From the NCBI GenBank assembly GCA_963799085.1, contig CAWCWA010000013.1, positions 140,314 through 204,313 on the forward strand: DNA of 64,000 bases, given 5' to 3'. The number at the start of each line of letters is the position of its first letter. Positions within the stretch are counted from its first letter, which is position 1. The notes under the pieces are model-generated. The model did not search any database. It was not told where the DNA came from and saw only the letters and a list, made by a program, of their open reading frames with translations. Positions 20,698 to 31,106 of this stretch are shown piece after piece. The stretch comes from an uncultured Alphaproteobacteria bacterium. GTDB lineage: Bacteria > Pseudomonadota > Alphaproteobacteria > ATCC43930 > CGMCC-115725. Made by a program: the position numbers and the translations under genes.

Positions 20698-22239
20698 GGC
20701 GCGCTCCCCATCCGGGTTTCTTCGACAAAGCGTTCGGTCGCCGCGTCAATGGCCCGCCCCCGGCGGCCGCGCGGCGGGTGAATATAGAGCGAGTTTCGCG
20801 CCAGCGGCTCGATCGTCGCACCCGGCGGCTCCGGGATCTCATAGACGACCGGCGCCGCGTGGTCGGCGAGCAGCAGCTCCGGCCGATAGACCTGGTTCAA
20901 TTTGAACAGGCTCTTGACGAAATTGGTCTGCCCTCGCAGCAAGAGCCGCGCGACGATATGACCGGCGTCCCAGAGCTGCCGCCAGTCGAGATGTTTCTTC
21001 AGGATCGCGCGCTGCGTCGTCACCAGCTCGTCGTAAAATTCGGCAAGCGGCAGCCTGGTCGGCAATACCGCATGCTGGATGTCGAACAGCCGATAATCGC
21101 GCGTCGCCAGCCGGCGGCCGTCGGTCACCCAGCTTTCGGTGCCGGGATAGGGCGTGTTGACGCTGATGTTGATGACGTCGGGCATCTCCAGACACCATTC
21201 GCGCACGATGCGAAAGCGCTCATGGTCCCAGTCGGGATCGGCGATCAAATTGATCGCGACGTTGACGCCGAGCGACCGGGCGAACTCCACCGCCTCGAAA
21301 TTGCGGCCGAGCGAGACGCGCTTGCGGTATTTGCGCAACCCCTCCTCGTCGATCGCTTCGAGGCCGATGAACATCGTCCGCAATCCTAGCCGCCGCCACA
21401 GGCGGAACACTTCCTTGTTGCGCAGCAATACGTCGGCGCGGGTTTCGAGATAGTATTGCTTCTTGATCCCGGCGCGGGCGACCGCCTCGCCGATCTCGAT
21501 CCCGCGCCGCTCCTGGATGAAGGCGACATCGTCGACGATGAAGACGCCGGGCTCGCGGATCGAGCGCAGATCCTCGACCGCGCGCTCCGGCGTCACCACG
21601 CGATAGCTGCGGCCGTAGAAGGTCCAAGCGCTGCAGAACGAGCAATCCCACGGGCAGCCGCGGGAAAACTCGATCGAGGCGGCGGGGTCGAGCGTACCGA
21701 TGAAGTATTTGCGGCGGTGGCGCAACAGATCGCGCGCCGGCATCAGGTCGTCGAGCGAGGCGACAAAACCGGGCGGCGGCCCTTCGCCATCGACGGTCAC
21801 GACTCCTGGCGACGTCGCCGGGTCGCGCGTCGGCCTCGATCGCCGCCAGGAGCGCCGGCATGACCGCTTCGCCCTCGCCCTTCAGCACGCAATCGACCGC
21901 TCCCTCGCCATGCGCCAGGATCGAGGCGGCGGTGAAGGATGCGCTGTGGCCGCCCACGCAGACGAAAATCCGGGGCCAGCGCGCCTTCGTTTCCTTGGCG
22001 AGATCGACGATCTCCGGCACGTTTGCCAGGTAATTGCAGGAAAAGGCGACGACATCCGGCCGCCAGCGCTCGACGAGGCGGAAATAGGCGCGATGGTCCT
22101 CGACCTGCAGGTCGATCAGCCGCACCTCATGGCCCGCCTGGCGCACCGCCGCCGCCACCAGTTCGAGGCCCAACGGTTCGAGCCGCAGAAAAATCTTCGT
22201 GTAGAGGAGCGGGCCCGGATGAACGGCGAGAAACCGCAC
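20694..22239 (-). CDS. B12-binding-domain radical SAM protein; frame break near 21800-21815 splits the B12-binding N-domain from the rSAM core.
   Basis: N-domain (PDVVAFSC, VGGHSASF, VDCVLKGEGE) in the frame ending at 22239; core with SRGCPWDCSFC in the frame of the GTG at 21800. Overlaps the rhodanese start by 4 bp. Confidence 0.7.
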
Positions 22240-22335
22240 GACAATTTTTCTCCGCAGACGCTGCGCGCATGAATGCTACAACAAGGCCGTCGCGGGCCTA
22301 ATGTGTCAACCGCGCGCTGCCGGGGAACATGCGAG

Positions 22336-23105
22336 ATGACGACAGACTGGGCCGGCCTCGTCGCCGATCTGGAGCGCCTCCTCAAACTGCGCTCGATCCC
22401 GTTCGGCATGAAGCTCTTCGAGCGCCGCGAGGAGATGGAGGCGATCCCGCGCATCCGGCGGCCGTCGGCGGTGCATACCCTCGACCAGATCGTGGCGCAG
22501 GCGGCACGCCTCGGCTGGACGGTCGGTCTGACGAGCGAGGATCTCGGTCGGCGCGCAATGCCGCGCCGTCGTCGGGCTCGGCGGCGCCAAGGACGCGGCC
22601 TGGCATTCCGGCAAGCACATGGTAGGCGTCTGGTATTCGACGCCCGAGGACGCCGGCGCTCACCAGGCGGCGATGGAATGCGTGCCCGACGGAAGCTACG
22701 AGGCGCTGGCGGTGGCGCCGCTTGCCGGCGGCCGGCTCGACCCGCCCGACATCGCGCTCTTCTATGCTACACCGGGGGCGATGATCTATTTCATCAACGG
22801 CCTGCAATGGTCGGGCTACAAGCGCTTCGACTGGAGTGTCGTCGGCGAGTTCGGCCTGCGCCAATTCCTGGGGCCGCGCCTTGAAGACGCGGCAGCCGAG
22901 CCTGTCGATCCCGTGCTTTGCCGAGCGCCGCTACGGCGGTGTGCTCGACGACGAGATGTTGATGGCCCTGCCGCCCGATTATCTCGAAAAGGCGATCGCC
23001 GGCATGGCGGCGCTGTCCAAGAACGGGCTGCGCTATCCCTTCCCGCAATACGGCATCCAGCAGGACGCCCGCGCCGGCCTCGCCGTCAGCTACCCCGGCC
23101 GCTAG
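22336..23105 (+). CDS. DUF169-family protein, apparently in three frame segments (breaks near 22560 and 22870).
   Basis: MTTDWAGLVADLERLLKLRSIPFGMKLF..., then ...PGAMIYFINGLQWSGY..., then ...LMALPPDYLEKAIAGMAALSKNGLRYPFPQYG occur in three different frames. Confidence 0.55.
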
Positions 23106-23473
23106 CCTTCGGCTGGGTAGGCGATGAAATTTCTCCGTGCCTTAGCCCTAACTCACTGCCGCCTGGGGGCCGGTCAGGCAATGGCGACCCTTCCGTCCAT
23201 GTGCCAAAGTATGGTAGGTAGATGTGAGAGAATCTCCGTACGCAGAGACCAGCCGATGACTAGGCTTATTTCTGTTATAATACTACAGTTTGCGTCATGT
23301 GCTTCCATTGTCGGTCTGTTTTTCACGCTCACATCTCCGTCGGGGGATCATCCTTGGTGGCATTGGTCACTGCTCACATTTATCGTGGGTGCCTCAATAT
23401 TCCTTGTTGTAAAAGACATATTAGATAATCAGCGCTCTGCCCCTAACAGCCCGTTGCTGAAGTCGCTCTTTGA

Positions 23474-24864
23474 TCAGCCAGGGTCGGCGGTAACGGCCAT
23501 GACCAGGACGGCGAACCCGTCGGGAGCGGCGGCGACAAGGATGATCGCCACGGCCTCCCCGGTGTAGACGAACAGGAGATAGGCCAACCCACGGGCAGCC
23601 GCCTCTCTCGGGGTTCCGGCCCCGATCAGCAGCCGCATCAGGATACCGAGATTGTGCCCGGCGACGTGCACCAGGTAGCGCTTGTGGACATTCTCGCGTC
23701 CGCGCAGCCAGGTCCGCCGCATGCCGCCGCGGTCGAGATTGTGAGCGAAAGATCGCTCGACGATTTCCGCCCTCAGCCGCATTGCATGCTTACCGACCCC
23801 CGAACCCAGGCGGGTGCGGTTGGCATAGACCGCCGCACGCGCTTGGTCATCGCCGTGCCAGCGTGAAAACCCCGGCTGCTTGGGCTCAGCAATGCGCGTC
23901 TTCCACACCCCGCCGTTGAGGTTCTTCAAGACGGCGCGCGAGTGATACCCTTTGTCGGCGACCAGTTCGCTCGGCTGGTCCTTCGTCGGCGCGGTGCCAA
24001 CCTGAGCTAGGTTCTTCTCTGCCGCCGCCAGCGTGCCCTCGATTGTCGTGGTGTCGCCTTGGTCGGCGGGATGGAGTGCCGCCGCGACGATGACGCCGGT
24101 GTCGAGATCGACCGCGTGCTCGGGCTTGTAGGCAAGATGCGTACGTCCGTCCTTCAGCTTGGCGATCTTGGCCTCTGGGTCGATCTTGCTCGTCCACTCC
24201 TCGTTCGACAGCTTCTTGCCCTTGCGGTTGCGGTCGATGCGAACGAGATCATCCGCACTTGGCGTGTCGATGCCGCTCTCCTTGGCCATCTGCGTCAGCA
24301 TTTCGCGATAGGTTCGGCCATCGTCCCGGCGCACGATCGTGCGCAGCGCGGCGTTGGCCTCCATCGTCGAGGCGTCGACGCCGATCCGCTTGCCTCGGAT
24401 CAAGCCTTTCTCGGCCACGAGCTTCAACACCCAGCTGAACACCGTCTCGTGGACTTCATGCGGAAGCCGCCCGCGGGTCTTCGACAACCACGAATGATCG
24501 GGAACCTCTTCCCGGTTCTCCAGCCGCAGAAAATCCCGCAGCGACATCGAATTCGAACAGCGCCAAGCGATGCCTCCTCGCTGGCGATCCCCTCGAAATA
24601 GCCGACCATGTGCATCCGGAAATAGCGCCCCGGCGGCAACGACGGGGCCCCCAACTTTGGCGCGTAATATGGCTGGCAGGCCGTCTCGATAAACCCGTCA
24701 AATCCGCCCGCGATCAGCACTTCCTGAAGCCGGTCGTAAAACACATGCCCCGGTGAGCGTGGCATCTCCGCCCAGGTCACGATCAGATCCCCCTGCCGAT
24801 CGCCCTCGCGCCCCATCGACATCCCGAAAGCCCCGATCAGTCCCCCCGCTTCACACCGAATCAA
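23474..24864 (-). mobile_element. IS1182-family (IS5-like) transposase, frame-shifted near 24545.
   Basis: N-terminal InsH-like domain (FYDRLQEVL..YYAPKLGAPSLPPGRYFRMHMVGYFEGIASE) and the DDE C-terminus (ERSFAHNLDRGGMRRTWLRGRENVHKRYLVHVAGHNLGILMR) lie in different frames. Confidence 0.6.
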
Positions 24865-24928
24865 CCAAAGCCGACTTCGTCAACAGGCTGCTAAGGTCTA
24901 CCGCTCGCAGAGGAAGATTAATTCATTC

Positions 24929-25216
24929 ATGCGTAGCTGGGTTTCCATGGGCGGCCGCGTGGTAATCTTCAGTCGTGACATGAGTTGGGCCCAGGAACAA
25001 CCAATTCGACAACTATTGGTTGAAAAGGCGAAGAGCAATGAATTGACCGTTTGCGTCGGACACTCAATTCCGTTAACCGATGAACTCTGCGGGGAAGGAG
25101 CTCAGATCATTCAATATGGTGTGCTTGGACGCGTGCCACGATCACGATTTACGATTGTGGGTTTTAATCGAGAAGGCGCTCGTGTTGCGATCGGAGGGAG
25201 AATTGGCGATGTTTAA
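24929..25216 (+). CDS. Hypothetical protein in the low-GC cargo segment.
   Basis: 95-aa ORF in about 45% GC DNA between the two IS elements. Confidence 0.2.
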   Translation: MRSWVSMGGRVVIFSRDMSWAQEQPIRQLLVEKAKSNELTVCVGHSIPLTDELCGEGAQIIQYGVLGRVPRSRFTIVGFNREGARVAIGGRIGDV

Positions 25217-25312
25217 TGTAAATTCAGAAGTTTTCGAATGGACATCATCCTTGTATTGCCTTGGCCGAGGACTTGGTGAAAATGCTTATCGGATTTAGCG
25301 ACCTGTGCGCGC

Positions 25313-26168
25313 ATGTTCCGCAAAATTAAAACAAAGGATGCAGACGAGATTGCGGCCGAATGGAACGCTCTTGCATCCACACGTGACGATCAGATCACCA
25401 GCGGTCATCGACATTACCTACCGGCGAATATTGATACCGAGTGTGCTATCATTAGTCTCTCGTGAGACAGCGGATATCATATTGGATGCAGGTTGTGGTG
25501 TAGGGTACCTGACAAGTCTGCTAACCGATCATGCTAGTAGAGTTGTGGGCGTCGATCCGAGCTTAGAGAGCATTAAGATCGCTAGGCGAAAGTACGGGTC
25601 TCAAATTGACTTTATAGAGGCTACTGTCGAAAGCTATTCTCAACACACTTCTGAGAAATTTGACTTAATCGTTGTCAATATGGTTCTCATGGATATTTTG
25701 AATCTAGAGGATTTTATGAAAGCCATTTCATACCTTCTTCGGCAAGATGGCGCCCTTATTTTTACTATGACGCATCCATGGTTTTGGCCGAGGTATTATG
25801 GTTATGCCGATAAACGATGGTTCCGCTATTCCCAGGAACTGGCTATTGAAGCCCCATTCAAAATCACTGCCGAGCCCGATTGTCCACTCGTGAGCACTCA
25901 CATTCATCGGCCCCTTGAGACCTACATACAGGGGTTTTGGAGAGCCGGTTTGTCGCTTGAAATCCTAAATGAGCCGATGCCTTCAGCGGAAGTTAGCGCA
26001 CTTTATCCCGAGCCTTGGATTTATCCTCGCGACCTTGTGGGCGTCTGCCGTCTCGAAAAGAAATTTCGAGCGCCTGAGGGTCCACGCCGCCGAGTTGCAA
26101 GCCCTAGCCTGAACAATTCACCGCCTGGATCTGGGTGGCGTGGCTCGGCGGCGCCGGCTCGCGCATAG
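25313..26168 (+). CDS. Class I SAM-dependent methyltransferase, frame break near 25400.
   Basis: MFRKIKTKDADEIAAEWNALAS... in one frame, the SAM-binding motif ILDAGCGVGYLT...VVGVDPS in another; sits in the low-GC segment. Confidence 0.55.
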
Positions 26169-26256
26169 GGTGTGCTGACGGGTGGCGCCGGGGGCGCATT
26201 TTTCGGGGCTTGTAGGTTGAGGGGATGGGTTTTTTGCGGGGCGCACGCCCCGGCGG

Positions 26257-27508
26257 TCACGGCGGGAGTTTGGCCAGGCGCGCGGCGAGGGTTGCGAAGC
26301 CGTGCTGATAGGCGAAGCCGGTCGGCAGCGAGATCCTGATCTTGGTGACCAGTTCGGTGACCCGGACGGCGACCTTGATCAGCCTGAGGCGCAGGGTATC
26401 GAACTGGGCGTCACGCCAGAACGATGCTTTCGGCGCCAGACCGCGCAGGGTGTGCATCAGCCAATAGGCAGCGGTGTGGATCAGCAGCCGGAACTGGTTG
26501 GCTGTTGCCTTGGTGAGTCCGGATGGTTGGGGGTGTTGTGGGTGGGGGGGTTGGTGAGATGAGCGGTGAGTGGGGGGTTGAGCGGGTATAGCGGCGCTGG
26601 TGCAAGTGGGCGGCGTAGCGGTATTCGGTATAGCGGCGCAGCTAGCTGTGGGCGGGCGCGTCGAGGCGATCCAAGGCAACCTGCTCGGCCACTCCCGTGA
26701 CCCGGCGCAGCAGCGCCTTGTTGCCGGCCAGGCCGAAGATGTAGCCAACCCGATTGCGCTCGCACCACGCCATGCCCTCGGGCCGGCCGTAGTGGCTGTC
26801 GCCCCGGATCAGGATATCGACGCGCGGCCAGCGGGCGCGGATCGCACGCACGACATGGCGCAGCACCAGGCAAACTTCGTTGCCGTCGGGTGTTTTGCCG
26901 GGCCGCAGGAAGACCGCGACCGGCCTGGCCGACATCGCCTCGTAAATGTGGATCGGCATGAAGCAGCGGCTGTCGTGGTGGGCGTTGAACAACGAGAGCT
27001 GCTGCCCGCCGTAGGCCCGATCCTCGGTGTCGTCGATGTCGAGCACGATGCGCCGGGGCACGGTATCGAAGCTGTCGCAGAACAACTCCACCATCGCCGC
27101 CATCATGCGCTTGAGCGCGACCGGACCGGGCAGGTTCTCCAGCCGCGTCATGGTCGGCTGCGAACAGAGGTCTGCCCCCGTCTCAGGCAGCCGACCGACC
27201 GCCATCTTGAAGGCCGCATCCCTGCGCAGCACGTCGCAGTCATTGGCATCGGGATAGCCCGCCGCGATCGCCAGGGCGCGAAACCGGATCATCTCCGCGA
27301 CCTCGTGTCGGATTTGGTCAGGGGCGCGGGGGTCTTCGATGCATCGCGCCAGCCGCTCGGCGATCCCCAACCGACGCTCGACCTCGGCCAAGAGCAGAAT
27401 GCCGCCATCCGACGACAGCCGACCGCCGTCAAACCGGGCAACAACGGGCTTGCCGCAGACCGGTGACAGGCCCGGCAGCGGCAGGGTAAGATCAACTTCG
27501 GCGTGCAT
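26257..27508 (-). mobile_element. IS1380-family transposase with a degenerate central portion.
   Basis: N-terminal and middle region 26642-27508 (DIDDTEDRAYGGQQLSLFNAHHD); C-terminus TKATANQFRLLIHTAAYWLMHTLRG in the ORF ending at 26257; the two are joined through a degenerate G-rich tract. Confidence 0.6.
26520..26640. repeat. G-rich degenerate tract with a 12-bp direct repeat (GTATAGCGGCGC twice) inside the IS1380 transposase gene.
   Basis: Runs of GGGGG to GGGGGGG on the plus strand; translates to a Pro/His/Gln-rich segment not found in IS1380 transposases. Confidence 0.4.
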
Positions 27509-27758
27509 GGCGCTCCGGAAACAGCAGGTTCGACCTAAGCAATCGAATCCTACGTTATTCCAATGGTTTGCGCTATGCCCGCTAACCCCGGTGAATTATC
27601 CCGGCTAGTTAGTGCTCCGACTCGTTCAGAGAATCTGGCGTCGCCTCGCCGATGTCGTCGTGGCGGCGAGGACATCCGCAGAAACTCGTGCGACGTATTT
27701 TAGTCGCGAACAGGGTGTCGACCTGCATTACAAAAATACTGTTCCTACGGCACAATGG

Positions 27759-28397
27759 TTAGAGTGGAGGCGGTTTGGTGACCTGGAAGCTCTGGCGCGT
27801 CTCCATCTGGCGCAGCCAGTTCTGCAATTTCGGGTGCTCGGCCACCGGGCCGCTTCCGTCCGGCACATTGGCGAAATAACAGAGCAGCGGGAACACCATC
27901 AGATCGGCGAGGCTGATGTGCTCGCCGGCAAGAAAGCGATGCCCTTCCATCAGCCGGTCAAATTCGCCGAGGCAGAGTTTCGCCCGCGGCAAGGCCGCCG
28001 CGATCGCCGCTTCGTCGGGCGCGCCGCCGAGGAAACGCGGCACAAGAATGCGGTTGTAGAGGATGGCGCCGGCAATGCTCGGCCAGGCATAGGCGTCAAC
28101 GATGCCGATGATCTGGTTCATGCGCGACCATTGGTGCACGTCTTCGGGCTGTAAGGGCGTCCCGGCGAAGCGCTCGTCGACATAGCGCACGATCGCCTGC
28201 GTCTCGTAGAGCATGAAGCCGTCATGCTCGAAGGCCGGCACCTTGGCGAACGGGTGGCGCGACAGATGCGGCTCCTCGCGATGGGCGCCGAACGGCACAT
28301 CGACGAGCTCATGGGTGACGCCCTTTTCCGCCAGCGCCAGCCGCGCGCTCCAGACATAAGAGCTCCCGGCCGGGCCATAGACGATCGGATGCGCCAT
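27759..28397 (-). CDS. Glutathione S-transferase.
   Basis: 212 aa; N-terminal thioredoxin-like GST domain plus C-terminal helical domain. Confidence 0.7.
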   Translation of the reverse strand: MAHPIVYGPAGSSYVWSARLALAEKGVTHELVDVPFGAHREEPHLSRHPFAKVPAFEHDGFMLYETQAIVRYVDERFAGTPLQPEDVHQWSRMNQIIGIVDAYAWPSIAGAILYNRILVPRFLGGAPDEAAIAAALPRAKLCLGEFDRLMEGHRFLAGEHISLADLMVFPLLCYFANVPDGSGPVAEHPKLQNWLRQMETRQSFQVTKPPPL

Positions 28398-28602
28398 GAT
28401 GCTTCCCCTCGAGGTACGTGGAGCCTCCTACGCCACTCGTCCCAATCGGCACAAGATGTCAAGGAGTGTCGCGTTCGTTCCGAGCGGCGAGATCTCTCCG
28501 CCACCCTGTGAGCAAAAAATGAGCATGAAATGACCTGCCGATTCAGCGTATCGTAAGATGGAGACTTGAGTTGATCCGGAAGATTTAACACAGGAGGAGG
28601 CA

Positions 28603-29997
28603 ATGGCGATCTGGAGGCCTGATCCGACTTTTTACCCCTCGCCGCGGATGGCGATGAAGGCACCGGCGGAAAAGCTGGCTTATGTTGCGGCGTTCGACCC
28701 GACGCGGCAGCAGTCGGACGCGCTCGCGGTGGTCGACGTGGAGCCCGGATCGGCTACCTACTCGCAGATCGTCGGCAATGTCGCGATGCCCAACACCGGC
28801 GATGAACTTCACCATTTCGGTTGGAACGCGTGTTCCTCCTGTCTGTGCCCGAATGCGCCGCACCCGCATGTCGAGCGCCGCTACCTGGTCGTTCCGGGGC
28901 TGAGGTCCTCCCGCATCCACATTCTCGACATCGAACCCGATCGACGGAACCCCAAGATCGTCAAGGTCATCGAGCCGGGGGAGATCGCCGAGAAGACCGG
29001 CTACACCCGGCCCCACACGGTGCATTGCGGCCCCGGCGGGATCTATGTAACCGCACTCGGCAATGCCGAGGGCAAGGCCCCCGGCGGGATTTTCATGATG
29101 GACCATGAGAGCTTCGAGCCGCTCGGCCGCTGGGAGGTCGATCGCGGGCCGCAGCTTCTCGGCTATGACGCGTGGTGGCATCTCGGCTACGACACAATGG
29201 TGACAAGCGAGTGGGGCACCCCCGACACTTTCGAGAACGGTCTGGTTCCAGAAATCCTGCTGGGCAGCAAATATGGCCGCCACTTGCATTTCTGGGACTA
29301 TACCAAGCGCACCCATTTGCAGGAGATCGATTTCGGCGAGGAGCACCAACTCGTCTTCGAACTGCGCCCGGCGCACAACCCGACCAAGGCCTACGGCTTC
29401 GTCAACTGTGTTGTCAGCCTCAAGGATCTGTCCTCGTCGATCTGGGTCTGGCACCGCGACGGCAACCGCTGGGCGGTCAGGAAAATCATCGAAATCCCGG
29501 CCGAACCGGCTGATCCCGATCAGCTGCCGCCAATGCTCAAGGGTTTCAAGGCAGTCCCGCCGCTGGTCACCGATATCGATTTGTCGATGGACGACCGCTT
29601 CCTCTACGTCGCCTGCTGGGGCACCGGCGAGTTGCGGCAATACGATGTCTCGGAGCCGTTCGCACCGAAATTGACCGGCTCCGTGCGGATCGGCGGGGTT
29701 GTCCAGCGCACGACCCATCCGGCCGCCAAGAACGGGGCGCTGAACGGCGGTCCGCAGATGGTCGAGGTCAGCCGCGACGGCAGGCGGGTCTATTTCACCA
29801 ACTCGCTCTACGGCGCCATCGATGAACAATTCTACCCGGAGGGCGTCGATGGCTGGATGGTGAAGCTCGACGCCGGACCGGACGGCGGCATCGCCTTCGA
29901 TCCGAAATTCTTCGTCGACTGGCCGAAGAGCCATCGGCCGCATCAGATTAGGCTCGACGGCGGCGATTGTTCGTCGGACTCGTACTGCTATCCCTGA
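28603..29997 (+). CDS. Selenium-binding protein SBP56 family (methanethiol-oxidase-like).
   Basis: 464 aa; SBP56 hallmarks DELHHFGWNACSSC, RLDGGDCSSD, WGTGELRQYD. Confidence 0.75.
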   Translation: MAIWRPDPTFYPSPRMAMKAPAEKLAYVAAFDPTRQQSDALAVVDVEPGSATYSQIVGNVAMPNTGDELHHFGWNACSSCLCPNAPHPHVERRYLVVPGLRSSRIHILDIEPDRRNPKIVKVIEPGEIAEKTGYTRPHTVHCGPGGIYVTALGNAEGKAPGGIFMMDHESFEPLGRWEVDRGPQLLGYDAWWHLGYDTMVTSEWGTPDTFENGLVPEILLGSKYGRHLHFWDYTKRTHLQEIDFGEEHQLVFELRPAHNPTKAYGFVNCVVSLKDLSSSIWVWHRDGNRWAVRKIIEIPAEPADPDQLPPMLKGFKAVPPLVTDIDLSMDDRFLYVACWGTGELRQYDVSEPFAPKLTGSVRIGGVVQRTTHPAAKNGALNGGPQMVEVSRDGRRVYFTNSLYGAIDEQFYPEGVDGWMVKLDAGPDGGIAFDPKFFVDWPKSHRPHQIRLDGGDCSSDSYCYP

Positions 29998-30034
29998 CCC
30001 TTTAAGCTGGGCGCCGGCCCAGCTCTGGCCCTGG

Positions 30035-30646
30035 TTGGCGCTGGCCGGGCTCGGTTTCTTCCACGGCCTCAACCCGGCGATGGGTTGGCTGTTTTCCGTA
30101 GCGCTCGGGCTCAATCGGCAAAACCTGCGGGCGGTAGTCGTATCCTGGGCGCCGATAACGCTCGGCCACGCGGCGTCCGTCGCTGTCGTGCTGCTCGCGG
30201 TGTTGGCCTTCGGCTTCGTCTTCGACCGCGACCTAGTGCGCAGAGGAGCCGGCGCCTTGCTGCTAGGATGGGCGGCATGGCATGGTTTTCGCGGCCACCG
30301 CCAGCGTGTCCGCGTCGGCATGCAGGCCGGTATTGCCGGGCTGGCGCTGTGGTCGTTCCTGATGGCGACCGCGCACGGCGCGGGACTGATGGTGATCCCG
30401 GCGCTGGTGCCGCTCTGTCTCTCGGGTTCGTCCAACCTCATTTCAGCGTTGGGCGGCACGTTCCCGATCGCAATCGCCGCCCTTGCCGTCCACACCGCCG
30501 CGATGCTGGCGACAATGGCGACGATCTCCGTCATCGTCTACGAGTGGGTCGGCCTCGCCTTCCTGCGCTCGGGATGGATCAACCTGGACCTGATCTGGGT
30601 TGCCGCCTTAGGCATCTGCGGCGCGTTACTGATGTTCGCCTGGTGA
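30035..30646 (+). CDS. Integral membrane protein (about 6 TM) with His-containing loops; possible metal transporter.
   Basis: 203 aa, highly hydrophobic, motifs FFHGLNP, AWHGFRGH, ATAHGAG. Confidence 0.35.
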   Translation: MALAGLGFFHGLNPAMGWLFSVALGLNRQNLRAVVVSWAPITLGHAASVAVVLLAVLAFGFVFDRDLVRRGAGALLLGWAAWHGFRGHRQRVRVGMQAGIAGLALWSFLMATAHGAGLMVIPALVPLCLSGSSNLISALGGTFPIAIAALAVHTAAMLATMATISVIVYEWVGLAFLRSGWINLDLIWVAALGICGALLMFAW

Positions 30647-30677
30647 GGTTAGAGACGGGCAGTCGGAGGCAAATAGC

Positions 30678-31079
30678 ATGGCAACCGGCCTCTCCGCAAA
30701 GGACGTGTTCGAGCTCTACGAGACTGGAAAGCATCGGCGTTACAGCCTGCTGTTCTCCGTGAACGGCGGAGCCTTCGCCATCGCGCGGCTCCGGACTTCC
30801 GGGCCGAGCGGGCGGCACGGGGTCCTGGGGGCGCTCACTCTGCCGGAGCTGTCGGCGGGCATGGCGCTCTTTACAATTATAATGGTCGCGGATATTAAAG
30901 CGTTTGGCGATAAAATGAGGAAATATTATAGTTACTTGGATCTGTTCTCTATTAAAGGTAAGAGCGTGCTGATTTTCATGGGCGCTATTATTTCTGTCGG
31001 ATGGTTGCTTGCCGGTTTTGGCGGTTCTTTTACCGCTTTCACCAACTGCCCGATTGTATCTTCGCAGGGGATTTCCTGA
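30678..31079 (+). CDS. Hypothetical protein; the 3' half has atypically low GC.
   Basis: 133-aa ORF; GC drops to about 45% from about 30870. Confidence 0.25.
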   Translation: MATGLSAKDVFELYETGKHRRYSLLFSVNGGAFAIARLRTSGPSGRHGVLGALTLPELSAGMALFTIIMVADIKAFGDKMRKYYSYLDLFSIKGKSVLIFMGAIISVGWLLAGFGGSFTAFTNCPIVSSQGIS

Positions 31080-31106
31080 CCGACAGGCAGCCAGCCCTCG
31101 CTCAAA

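Noticed and set aside
26500-26660. Considered whether the repetitive G-rich tract could be a CRISPR array or telomere-like repeat.
   Set aside because: Only one short duplicated 12-mer, no regular repeat-spacer structure, no cas genes; it lies inside a transposase reading frame.
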